Under the pieces are notes generated by a model. It saw only the letters and a program-made list of their open reading frames with translations, did not search any database and was not told where the DNA came from. Position numbers and translations under genes: made by a program. From NCBI GenBank assembly GCA_028534125.1, contig CM052816.1:26228001-26292000 (forward strand): a stretch of DNA of 64,000 bases. Direction: 5' to 3'. Origin of the DNA: Lama glama (Eukaryota). This document shows, piece after piece, positions 37,700 to 50,150 of the stretch (position 1 is the first letter of the stretch; each line of letters begins with the position of its first letter).

Positions 37700-40600
37700 T
37701 TTTATAGTTTTAAAACTTTTTATTGCAGAATAATTGACATACAAAAACTGCACAAGTTTAAAGTATGTAAGTTTTGACATTTGTGTATGCCTGTGACACT
37801 ACCACCTCAATGAACATATCCATCATTTCCGTTAGTTTCTTTGTGCCCTTTTGTAATCTCTCCCCCTCCTCCTTCTGCTCTGTTCATCCTCAAGCAGCCA
37901 GTAATCTGCTTTCTGTCTCTACACATTAGTGTTTATTTCCTAAAAGTTTATGTAAGTGGAATCATGCACTGTGTACTCTTTGACTTCTTTTATTCTGCAT
38001 AATTGTTTTGAGATTCATCCTTATTGTTATATATGTATCACTTGTGTCCAGTAGTACACTTTGACTTCTCTTGTCCTTAACCTTTTGCTATTTTTATCAT
38101 ATAGTTTACTTTTACATGTTATAAACCCCACTACCTTATTTTCATTTTTGTTTAAATAATTATCTGCTACAAAGATTTAAGTAATAAGAAAAATTATAAT
38201 ATTCTCATTTCCAGATATTTAAAGTTTCTGTTGCATTTGCCTATTTGACCCATGAATTATTTAGAAGTATATTGTTTAGTTTCTTAGTGTTTGAAGATTT
38301 TTAAAATTATGTTTCTGTTGTTGAGTTCTTTTATTCTCTAGTGGCTGGAGAATGCACTCTGCACAATTTCAATTATTTTACACTTACGGACCAGGATGTT
38401 GCCTATCTTGGTATATGTATTCCATGGACACTTGAAAAGCATGAGTAATCTGCTCTTGTGAGATGTAGTGCTCTATAAAGATGTTGATTTGATCTTACTG
38501 GTTGGTGGTGTTGAATTCTATATATCCTTGCTGATTTTCTGTATAGCTCCTCTGACAATTTTTGGGAGAGTGGTGTTGAAGTATTCACTGTAGACTTGTA
38601 TGTTTCTCCTTTCAGTTTTATCCGTTTTGCTTTATATATTTTATAACTCTGTTGCTTCGTACATACACATTGAAGATTTCTGTGTCATCTTGGTCTGTTA
38701 ACAATTTCATCATTATATAATGTTCATTTTTGGGGCTAGTGGTTTTTGGGTTTTTTGCTCTGAAGTGTACTTTATTTAATCTTAATATAGCCATTCTTGC
38801 TTTCTTTTGATTGATGTTGTATTGTACTTTTCTTCCCTATCTTTTAACTTCCAGCCTGATTATGTCACTTTGTTTTTAGTGAATTTCTTGTAGACAGCAT
38901 ATAGTTGGGTGAATTTTTTAAAAATCTACTTTGTCAATCTCTCTCTTTTAATTAATATGTTTAGACTATTTATATTTAATGTAATTATTGATGTGGTAGG
39001 GCTTAATTCTGTCATTTTATATTGTGTTTTTTGTTTGTTCTCTGCTTCATTTCTTTTTCTTTTCCTGCCTTTTTGTGGGTTACTAGAACATTTCTTACAA
39101 TTTTTAAAATGTTTTTGAGTACATCTCTGGCTTTTTTGGTGGTCTCACATATAGATATATTTATCTAGCTATATCTTATTGCAGTCCACTGGTCCTGTCA
39201 TTTTACCATTTTGAGTGACATACAGAAATCTTACCTCCCTTTATGTCACTGTACTTTCCTCCATTTATAATATAATTATCTTAAATATTTCTTCTCTCTG
39301 TATTTAGAACCACATCAGACAGTGTTAAGATTTTTGCTTTATCCATGAAGCACATTTTAGAAAACTCAAGAGGAGAAGCAAAATCTCTTGTATTTATCCA
39401 TTTTTTTTGTATTTATTTATTTTTATTGAAGTGTAGTTGCTTACTGTGTTCTTTCTCCCTACGTTTTGTTCTAGGCTTCCGTCTTTTATTGTTTCTTTTT
39501 GTTTAGTGAATTTTGTTAAAGGTAGGTCTTTTAGTGACAAATTATCTTAGTTTTACTTTATCTGAATGCTTTGATTTTACCTTCTTTCCTGTAGCATACT
39601 TTTACTGGGCATAGGATTCTAGGTTGACAAAAATTTTCTCTCCGCACTTGAAAAATATTGTGCCACTTCCTTCTGGCCTTAATAGTTTCTGATGAGAAAT
39701 CTGTGGTAATTTGAATAGTTTTTCTTTATAGACATTATTTTTCTCTAGTTGCTTTCAAGAATTTTTGTCTTTAATTTTCAGAAGTTTAATTAGGGTGTTT
39801 GGTTTTATCCTGTAGGGTTCATGCTGCTTCTTGAATCTGTATATTCATGTGTTTTGTCAGATTTCATAAGTTTTCAGCCTTTTTTTTTTTTTGAGCACTT
39901 TTTCAGCCTTGTCCTCTTCTTCTGGGATTCAGTGACATAAGTCACTGAGTCTCTCTTCATTTTTATTTTTCAGTCTGTTTTCTTTCTATGGTTCAGAGTG
40001 GATAACTTCAGGTGTTCTAGTTCACCAGGTTCTTTTCTATGTCCACTCCATTTTGCTACTGAGCCCATTTACTGAGCTTTTATTTAAATTATTTTTAAGC
40101 TCTAAATTTCTGTTTGGTTCTTCTTTGTATTTTCTTATTGCTAAAACTTTCTACTTTTTTGAGGTTTTTTTCTTTTAAGTGTGTTCTTAATTGCTCTTAG
40201 ACAAAGCATTATATCAGGACTGGTTTGAAATCTTTGCCAGATAATTTTAACATCTCTATAATCTGCATCTGTTGATTGTCTTTTTTCTGTTTGAGATTTT
40301 CCTGGTTCTTGGTATGATGAGTGATTTGAAGTGAAACCTATTTTTTAAGTTTATAATATTTTTGTATTATGTTATTAGACTCTGGATCTTAAACTTTCTC
40401 TTTTAGGTAGCTTTCTTTCACATCACTATGGAAGGAGGAGGGGCAACACTGCTTCATTAGGGTGGGGGTAGGAGCCTTAGTGTCCCACCTGGTTTCTGGT
40501 GACATCATGGGGAGGGGAGACTTACTACTAGTTGGTGGGTTTGAAAAGACCTGGCTACCTTTTTGTCCTTCTCTGACTCAGCCCCAGAAGAGGTGTTGTG

Positions 40601-41850
40601 GTGCCCCATTAGGGCTTCAAGGGTTGGAAACCTGGGTTCCCCTCTGGCCCTTTGCTGGTGTGGGTGATGTGGGGCTGCAGTTTTTGTTTGTCATGTCTGG
40701 CTGGACTAGAGAGATTGTTGTCTCAAGTTTTACATCTTGCTGTGGTGCCCCAACCATGGTCCTTTGGCTAGAAGGAAGAAGCTTTTGCTGAGGATTTTTT
40801 TTTGTCTACAGATGTTGGTATTTTTGGCTTGTGTGCTTGTTTAGCACCAAATATGGAATGTGTGAGGGAAAAAGAAAACCCCAGGAACTCACCACCATGT
40901 TGTTCCTTGGGTCCTTAGTTCCCTAGTTGGTTTACTTTCTTCTCTCTGCCCTTTCGGTATCTTCGTAATAATGCCCAGGGTTTTAGTTGTACTTAGTGGG
41001 AGGGATAGGGAAAATCTGGGTCAATTTTGATTGATTTTTTTCTTACTATTATGGTTCATGTTTTCCTGCTTCTTTGTATACCTGATCATTTTGTATTGGA
41101 TGCCAGATTATGTGATTTTCATCTTGTTAGTGGCTGGATATTCTGTATTCCAGCTGATATCCCTAAACTTCATTCTGGGACTTACTTAAGTTACTTGGGA
41201 ACAGTTTCAGCCTTTGGGGTTTTGCTTTGAAGATATTTTGGGCAGGACCAAAGCAGTGCTTAGTCAAGGACTGATTATTCCCCACTATTGAAGAAAGACC
41301 CTTTTGTATACTCTACCAAGTGCCCCATGAATCCTGAGTTTTCTTTCCTTTCTGGCTCATGGGAACAGGCCCTGTTCCCCGTCCTCTGTAAGTGCTTGGT
41401 ACTGTTTCCTCTGATTCTTTTGGGTGTTTCTTTCCCTGGCCTTGGGCAGTTTCTTCACATGCATGTATAGACAGTACTCAGTTGAATACTCTAGGGGACC
41501 CTGTGCTGCTCTCCAGAGTCCAGTCTCTATGTACCTCTCATCTGTCTGGTACTCTGGTTTGTAAACTCTAGCTACCTTGGTCTCTCTGGTCTCTCAGCTT
41601 TATAGCCACAACTCAGGAGTTCTGGTGGACTTTGCTTTTTTTCCCCACCCTGCACCACAGCCTGGAAACTCTCCTGAGACAGTAAGCTGCCATAGAGCTT
41701 ATCTTGTTTCTTTCCCATCTCTACAGGATTACATTTTTTCATTGACTAATGTTGTTGTGAAAACTGTTGTTTTATTTATTGTTTTGATTATTTCAGGTGG
41801 GAGGGTGAATCTGGTTCCTGTTACTCATTTATGGCTGGAAGTGTAATTTT
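37700..41850 (-). mobile_element. Composite of old L1 pieces (3' end 37710-38040; ORF2-5'/ORF1/5'UTR-like 38060-41850)
   Basis: Extended T-rich decayed L1 text, e.g. 'tttcttgtagacagcatatagttggg', 'cacttgaaaaatattgtgccacttccttctggcc', 'tttctgatgagaaatctg'. Confidence 0.85.
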
Positions 41851-42359
41851 TCTTATTTCAAATCCACAAATGTGCGACTGGAATAAACCATCTCTCAGTC
41901 TGCGTCTAGCTCTATTATCCTATGATTCTGTAGTTTGAAGTTCAGGTCTATGGAGTAGATAGGGTCACTGCTTTCTCTTTTTATATGTGGAACACCTAGT
42001 CACGGGGAAGACTTTTAAAAAGTGACACTTAAATAGATTTGCTAAGTGCTAGTTACTATTCCGAGTCCACAGTGCCTTATCTGTAATTCTTGGAGCCAAT
42101 TTTGTATTTTCCTATTTTAGAAAGGTCTGTATACCAAATATAACTTTATACCCCAAACTAAGTCTGAGGTAGCTCTTGGTAATCTAATATTTTCATATTT
42201 TTATAGCAAAAAAAGGAATATTAACACTCAGTAAATAAGTAAGGATTATACATAGCCCAATTTCAGTTTAGGTCAAGTTTTGCTGCCTGCTAAATTTGTC
42301 AATTCTTTGGTTTTTAGCCATTTGGTTTGAGAATTTTGGATGAGGGATTATATACAGGT

Positions 42360-42560
42360 GCTAATTTACTTAATCCTCTTAATCAACCTTTGAAATAGGC
42401 AATATACTTGTGATTATTTTACACATGAGGGAAATGAAGCATAAGGAGTTAAATAACCTGCCCAAGGTCACACAGCCAGCAAGGGACAGGTCCAGGATTC
42501 AAATGCAGATATCCTGGCTTCAGAATCTGGAATCTTACCCATTGTACATTATTGCCCTTC
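42360..42560 (-). mobile_element. MIR SINE
   Basis: 'attttacacatgagggaaatgaagc...gttaaataacctgcccaaggtcacacagcc...ccaggattcaaa'. Confidence 0.85.
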
Positions 42561-43226
42561 CTCAGGGAGCCTCCAGTCAGGGCAGTCCCGGAAGTCAAGC
42601 CTGACCCCCAGTATTTTCATGGCAGAGGGCTTCTTGGGTGTTAGGTTTATCTTCACTGGGAGACACTCTCTGCACTAGCATGATCTGAGGATATATTTGT
42701 ACTTGACTCAGCTCCCAGACAGACTCTTGTCTGTGTTACCGAAGAACTCCTGCATTTTCTGCAGGTCTACATTTGGGTGCTTGGGGACCTGTTATGATCT
42801 GAACCTGAGAAGGCTCAGATCTGAGTTCTAGGTCTAGAATACCAGGTTACCTAGTAGTTGTCTAACATGGAAGTAGGCTATTTTGGGATGGGGTTTTTTT
42901 GTGTCCATATTTGAAAGTTGGCTTCTCATTCTCTTTGCTGAAGGCCCTGTTGGTTTTTTCTGATTTCCCAAGGTGCCTCAGGTTCCCGTTTAGAGTCTTT
43001 AGATCTACTTCTGGTCGTACAGGTGGTACCCGGTAGAGAACTCATGACCATGAGGGTAATTAGGGGCTGGAATCGAGTCTGTGACCCATTCCACAGATCC
43101 TGTGGCTGTCCACACTAGTAAACCACGTTAGGACCTCACCTGATGAGAGAAGGGGCACTTTGTTCTAGCACACACTTAGGTGGACCCTGGGCTACATGTG
43201 GTCCTGCCCCAAGGGTTCCCCAACAC

Positions 43227-43610
43227 TGTTATGGACTGATTGTGTCACCCTCAAATGCATATGTTGAATCTCCCACCCCAGTGTGACTGCATTTGGAGAT
43301 GGGGCCTTTATGGAGGAAATTAAGGTTAAAAGAGGTAATTAGGGTGGGGCTCTGATACGATGGAGCTGGTGTCCTTGTAAGAAGAGGAAGAGACATCAGA
43401 GCTCTCTCTCCAAGCACTCAGAGGAAAGGCACATGCAGACACAGTGAGAAGATAGCCATCTACAAGCCAGAAAGAGAGTCCTCATTAGAAACCTGATTTG
43501 CTGGCACCTTGAACATGGACTTCTAGCACCCAGTACTGAAAGTGAATGTTTGTTACATTTAAGTCACTCAGTCTGTGGAATTTTATAAAGACAGCCCAAG
43601 GAAACTGGTC
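43227..43610 (+). mobile_element. MLT1A/B-like MaLR solo LTR
   Basis: 'tgttatggactgattgtgtcaccctcaaatgcatatgttgaa...ggtgtccttgtaagaagagg...gctggcaccttgaacatggacttc'. Confidence 0.9.
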
Positions 43611-46600
43611 CATCCTGCAGCCATATGGAGGCAAGGTAGAGTGACCCTGGAAGGGATTTCCAGAAAATCTGTAGCCTGAGCATCTAGCACATGTAAGTGG
43701 CAACGTGAGGGAGCTCTCAAAGTTACCCTGACTTTTCCTTAGTGATAACGTTGTGCTAATTATCTAAGCTCGGTTTTATGCCTCCTTCTTTTATTCTAGT
43801 TTTCTCAAAAAGCTAGATCAACACCAAGCAGGCTCTTACATGTCATATTCCTTGAGGTCTGTCTTCTGAACAAGCTCTAGTATTACGCCTAATCCATGTG
43901 TAGTACTAGACATTATTAGTTACCTAAGAGAGAGGTAGAGAAAATGTAGACACAGTTAAAATCATTTTACCTTTGGAGGACTGTTTGGATTTGCATTTAA
44001 TATGTTGGGGAAAAAGGGATCTATGTTCATCTTTCAACATTTTAAATCAAATAACAGGGCATATTGTCCTTTTGCCTTCATCTCCACTAAGAAAAATTTA
44101 GTTTGGACACTGATTTTTATATAAACTGTTTTGCCTTTGTAATCCACTTTTCTTTCATTTAATTCTGTTCTTTTAACGTTTAACACCTTTATTTGTTTTT
44201 GATTCTTCCTTTCTACCATTCTTAGGGGAAAAAAACCTTTTAAAATGTTATACATTAGGAAAATAACCCTATCTTCTATCCTCCAAAGAATACATCACCT
44301 TATCATACAAACTCTAGGACTTTTATTTACCTGTGGGTTTGTGTATAAGGTTAGACCTCTCAAGAGAGTTGGATGATGACAGCATATGGGATATGTTATT
44401 AGTATTAAGTTTTCCCCATCTTTTCCAGGTGTAACTAAAATTTCCATAATCAGCTGTTTATTTTGGAGTTATCTGGGAGTTTCTTGATGAAAAATGGATT
44501 TCTGGGCTGGTTAGAGTCCTGCTGGATCAGATCAGAGTTCAAGAATCACTAATTTAAACCCCAAACCCTGGGAGGGCAGATGCCATTTCTTTTCTGTTCC
44601 TTGTAGCTCGTTAGTACCGAGAAACAGTACTGTGCACGGGATGGTTGCTGAACAAACGTTTTTGTTTGAATTTCCTTTTATTACATTAAGGTTAGATAAG
44701 GTGGAGCTGTATTTGTTTTATGAATAAACAATTTTCTTTGCTTTCAGACTGCATTTTAGAGGTCTGTCAACTTCCTCCCACATAATTGGGGCTGGAAAAT
44801 ATCCTTTACGCAACTCACCATTATTGACAGTGACAAAGAAATTTGCTTTTCACTAATGCATTATCATGCTATGTGGAAATGTTTGGAGGATGGGGAGCAA
44901 ACTGTTTTCTCTTCCAGGCAACAATACCCTGCCATGACCTTGACATGATACACATTAATTTTACATTATATCCAGGAGTCAGGGAGAAAATTAAAGCTCC
45001 TGCTATTGTCTCCTCAAAAAGACTGATAACCTTCTGGCAGGAAGCTCAGTCATGCTAAGACTGCCTGTCCCACCCATGATCTATTGACCAGAATGCCCGC
45101 ACTTACATTGAAAATCCCTAACACACTCAGCTCTTCGGCTTCCATTTTAATGAGCATTTATTTAGCCTTTGGTTAGAAAAATTTCAATAGGATCAGACCT
45201 GTGAAACCCGATTCTAACTCAACTCTATGGTTTTTTAATACAATTCTACGTGTGTGTTGATCACAATGACTGGATATCTAAGATTAAATTAAGACTAAAT
45301 AAATCAACTTCATGAAATAGAAAAATTGAGTAGCCTCTGCTTCATTGATTCACTAGAAGCCAAAACGTCTATAGTTAAAAATGAGGTAAAATAGGCAGTT
45401 TGAACACTCAAAACTCAGTCTGGATATCTGCTAAAAGATAGTGACAGATACATGGTAGACAGAAAAGAGTTAATATTTTATAAGAACTCACTCCAAATAA
45501 TTAGTTAAGATTATAGCATTATGTGATTTTCCACCAATTATTCCAGTACCCCGGCTTTCCTTGTATACCTGTTAGTAAAAGTGCAATGTTAGGTGTCAAG
45601 GATTTCTGAGTGGACCGTGACACTTGACACTAAGGACCTACTAACAGTTTCTTAGAATAAAAAGGAAGTTAAAAAAAATCCATAAATGAAAAAAAGCTTG
45701 TTTATCTACTCATTCTAGTTTGCAGAATAATGTGTTGAAACAGCATTCCTTATGTCCAGTTCTGGGGGAGTTGGATACTTCTGGTATAAACATGTACTGA
45801 ATGATTTGTAATCCATCCAGAGGCAACACATTGTCAACATGGCAAATGTTTAAGCCAAGAGTGGATGCACTTAGCTTGGGAATGGACAGAAAGACTCTAC
45901 CAAGAGAAACAGAGTTGGTCAAATGCGTTCTAGCTTTTATACAGTTCTAAGAGACACTTCTTAGAATTCTTCTTCCTGAAATAGAGTTTGTCTTTTTTTT
46001 TTTTTCTCTTAAAACCTGATGAGGTTGTTTGTGTCTATATTGGATGTGCCAGATGGAAAGGTTTACTCATTAGAGGCAGCTGTTTTAGCAAATTACCTCA
46101 CTACAGCATAATGACAGAGTTACAACAGACTACTGAAGAAAATCCTTTCTCTTCCCAGTGAGATCATGAAACAATTTCAATGAGATTTTTCTATATACTT
46201 TGGAAATGGTTCAGTTGGACACATGGGTGATAAGAGGAGGTATTTTTTGTTCATATTTCATTCAATATTTATATTTAACGGCATACATACAGGATATAGA
46301 TTTACAATTTGATTTCTTTTTCAACTAATGGATTCATTATCTTTGGTGAATGATCTCATTAGTTCCTTGAGTATGAATGATCCTGCTGGGGAAGATTTCT
46401 CCCTTTATAATATCCCATTTAAAATATATGTATGCCTTACACGTGATCATAGCTCTCCCTTTCACATTGGAGCCTCACAGTTATAGCGTTACTTTTGAGA
46501 TTCTTATAAGGGAAGGATGTGCTTAGGCTTTCCTTGCCTAGAAAAACCCCTTTATTTCTTCAAATAAAATTTCCTCAATACGATGCCATACTTACTTATG

Positions 46601-47409
46601 TTGAATTTCCACTATAGCACATAGGACTTCAACAAGGATGGAGAAATAGTTTTTATATATGTGTAGAATATTATCATTTTAAAGTGTTTATATGTATCTG
46701 TGTGTGTCTATTCTCATTTTATTCTGCTAATAACCTTTTGACGTAATTATTCCCGTTTAACAGAAGTGGACATTTAAAGTTCAGTTATGCTTGATGATGC
46801 ATTAGGTCAAAGAAGCTGCTAGTTGGTGAAGTCATCTAGGTTATTTTCAACGGTGGTCACTATCTAACTATCTGGTGGCATCCATTTGGAACCATAATAT
46901 CAGGAAACATCCACCTGAAGTTTGAAGATATTTCATTAAAAAAGAAAAAACAACAGACATCCGTATGTATGTTGCTGGTATGGGTACTATGATCTGGTGA
47001 AGTTGGAGGATCTGCTGGATTGTGTGTAAATTTTCATGACTGTGACCCCTTTTTTTCTTTGTAACACCTCGTGGGTGTTGACGACTAACACCACTCCGTT
47101 TAGTGGAAGGGTTGACGTCTCAGTGCCATAACTGAACATTATGCCCAGCAGGGTTTATCCACGTGGCTTTAAGTGCTGAAACTTGGCTGTGAGAATATAG
47201 ATTGTCATTTAGGATTCATTACTATTCTGATAAGTACAGTTAGTGTAACAATTTAGACTCTAACTTGAGTTACTTTCTGTGATGCATTTAGTAGAACTAA
47301 ATTTTATAAATCTTACTTTATTAGGAATCAAGTGTATGTGATCTTTCTGCGTATGTATAAGCTTCCTTAACTTGTTTTACATCAGAGTGTCTCACATCCA
47401 GGAGAGATA

Positions 47410-47441
47410 CATATATGTGTGTGTGTGTGTGTATATTTAAA

Positions 47442-47485
<44 letters not shown>

Positions 47486-47490
47486 TATAA
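47410..47490. repeat. Compound (TG)n/(TA)n microsatellite
   Basis: Direct reading. Confidence 0.95.
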
Positions 47491-48592
47491 AATAGCCAGA
47501 AGATTAGTAGCTGAGGGTGTTAGAATTGTATTGCCTTTTGTTGCCTTCTTAATGGTCTTTAATCTTTTGGGTTACCATCCAAAGTCATGATGAGTCTTCT
47601 CCAGAAAGTGGAGAAGCCCTGCCCTCGCAGCTATCTGGGGGAGTCGACACATGAGTAGAGAACCTGAAGAAGCAATAGTAGTGGGACCAAATCACATGAA
47701 TCTCCCATGAAGAACAAAGGTTACCTGCCAACCAGGACAAGTTACGTGGGGAAGTTGTCACCCACTCCTGGATGACCCCTATTGCTGTGTCTCTCTTTCC
47801 ATGCTTTCATATTAGTCTTTAAATGTAAGATAGTGTTAGAGCCCACAGTGCTGTATTAGGAGCCATCCCTGGGGTCATGGTTGCCAGTGACAGCAGTGGG
47901 ACAAAGAGGGAAAGATGGCTTCCAGACTCCATTGTCACCAGGGCTGAAAAAGGAAGGAAAGTCTCCACCCCTGCTAGCAACTTCTACTGCTGGGACTATG
48001 AGCAATTTAAGGAGGCTCCACAGTCACTCACAACTTAAAGTTTCTAAAAATTTTCTAAATGCAAGGCAGTTGTACATTCAGGGCACCAAACACTTCATGC
48101 TTTCTTTCCTGTCTTGATCATTTAGAGAGCAGGGTGTCCATTCTCTTGCTCTGCGATTACTTCAGAACATTATACATGTGAAGGACATAGCTGGGGGCAC
48201 CTCTCTGGAGATTTGTAGTTGTGGTTGATTCTGGGTATCACATTTAGGCACAGGTTAGCAAAGCTGGGGATGGGATAACATACTAGTTGCAGGAAAGTCT
48301 TGACATGGTGGACAAGTTGAGGAAGCATTCTCAAAGACTGGAGGCAACAGGGCACTAAAAAAACATGAGTTTACATGGCTAAAGTTGACTTACTTTCATC
48401 TTGTACAGCATGAATGCCTACCAGTACAGTTTGTGCTATTTTATTAACAAAATTATTCACAGCTATTATGTGAGTCCTTAATCAAATTTAGTCTGTTCTT
48501 GAATATTCAGAGAAGATTCTTCCTGAATAATGCCTAAGTTCTTTCATCCTTTTCTTTTTTTCTGAGGAAGTCTCATACATCCTAGCTGGTTT

Positions 48593-48662
48593 TTCTTCTT
48601 CTTCTTCTTCTTCTTCTTCTTCTTCTTCTTCTTCTTCTTCTTCTTCTTTTTTTTTTTTTTTT
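48593..48662 (+). repeat. (TTC)18 followed by T16
   Basis: Uninterrupted TTC x18 at 48593-48646, T run 48647-48662, inside a decayed L1 ORF1-like fragment (~48490-48830). Confidence 0.95.
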
Positions 48663-49249
48663 GGCTTGTTCATTTGAGTTTAGTATGTGATTTCCTTAGA
48701 TTTTTTTCTATGGTAGTTCACTATCTTCCTTAATCTTTCAGTTTTGTCGTCAACAAATTCGATGACTTCTCAGCTCATCTGTCTTCTAGGTTGTTAATTA
48801 ACATACCAAAGAATAGTGGTCCTAGTATTGATTGATCCCAAGGGAGCTTTCCTGTTAATCACTTCGATCTTAGGGTTAGCCATTTTTCTTATTCTTTGTG
48901 TTCTCCCTATTAACTGCTCTTCATTCTATGTGAAGATTTTAAAAAATTCACAGCATGAGAATTTATTTTTACTCTCTTCTTAATATTGCTCATGAATACT
49001 TGTGCCCCACTTGCACAGTTTTCGTGGATCTTAGAGTCTGAAACCTTGCCTGTGTGTAATGAGGGGTTTGGGCTGGATGACCTTCTGATTCTAATGTTTA
49101 TGATCTTTGTCCCAACTAGAAACGAAAACGGGTGCCAGGGTCTGTCACAGAGAAGAATAATTAGCATATCCATTAACTTGGGTCCCATTAACACATCCAG
49201 TGTTTTTCAGCTGAGCTCTACTTTCTATAAGTGACTGCTAGTATATGGT

Positions 49250-49570
49250 CCAGGTTCAGTCTCAGCATTTCTGTGATCTGGGTGTGTGACATGGAAGAAG
49301 TACCTGTGCCTCGTTCTTCTCTATAAAATGGGTATAGCAAGACCTCATCATTGTGTTGTGAAGAGAGTAAACGGGTGAGTGTGAAAGCACTGAGTGCACA
49401 GTGCTGTAACAAGGCACCCATTTTCATTGTTCCTGTACCACCTGATCCACTAGACACCTTGTGAAGTAGCAAATCGTTAGTATGATTATGCCATCACCTG
49501 TTCTACAGGCTGGGAAATAGAGGCTAAAAGAAATTAAGTGATCGTCTCAGGGTTGACCACGTGGTGAATT
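49250..49570. mobile_element. Two MIR fragments, tail to tail (+ 49250-49420, - 49460-49570)
   Basis: 'ctgtgcctcgttcttctctataaaatggg...tgtgaaagcactgagtgcacagtg' and 'gggaaatagaggctaaaagaaattaagtga'. Confidence 0.65.
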
Positions 49571-50054
49571 AGCACAGAGATGGTGCACCTGCAGCCCCTT
49601 TGCTGCCCAGGGAGGCTGTGTGTGCTCTCGCCAGAGCAGGAAGGCCCTCTTGAAGCTGACCTTGCATGCTCAGCCGGCTGGCACGCTCCATGTGCATCTT
49701 CCCAGAGCGTTTGGTTGCTTTGTGCTGCAAATGAAAGCAGTTCCCTTGCACAGATGTCTGAGAACTCTAACCGCGGATCTCACTCTGGAGCCCTGCACAG
49801 TAACCCTCCCCTTATCTCTCCTATAAATAAATAAGGAGTAAGCTGGGAATAATCACCAGACCAGACCTTCTCTTAATGGTTCCATCTCCCCTGATTACCC
49901 TCTTGTCCTCTTCATGCCCATGTGGTGCACAATTTCAGTTTGCTGTCACTTTAGTCTCTGGGTGGCTCAGTCCAGTGCCGTGGGCACTTAGCTCTCTTGT
50001 TCCCCCATCACACCTACCGTTCCTGCACCTTCTTTTTGTGTGTGTGTTCATTTA

Positions 50055-50150
50055 ACTAATAACCTTTACTTTTTAGAGCAGTTTTAGGTTCACAGCAAAA
50101 TTGAGCAGAAAGTACAGAGTCTCCACATACCCTTTGTCCCTGCACACCAC
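50055..50150 (-). mobile_element. Short L1MA/MB 3' end
   Basis: 'tttttagagcagttttaggttcacagcaaaattgagcagaaagtacagag'. Confidence 0.8.

Noticed and set aside
42795..42840. Short palindromes ctcagatctgag and ttctaggtctagaa
   Set aside because: Lengths expected by chance in 64 kb; no larger hairpin.
48488..48673. Poly-Glu/Lys ORF
   Set aside because: Translation of the (GAA)18/A16 repeat.
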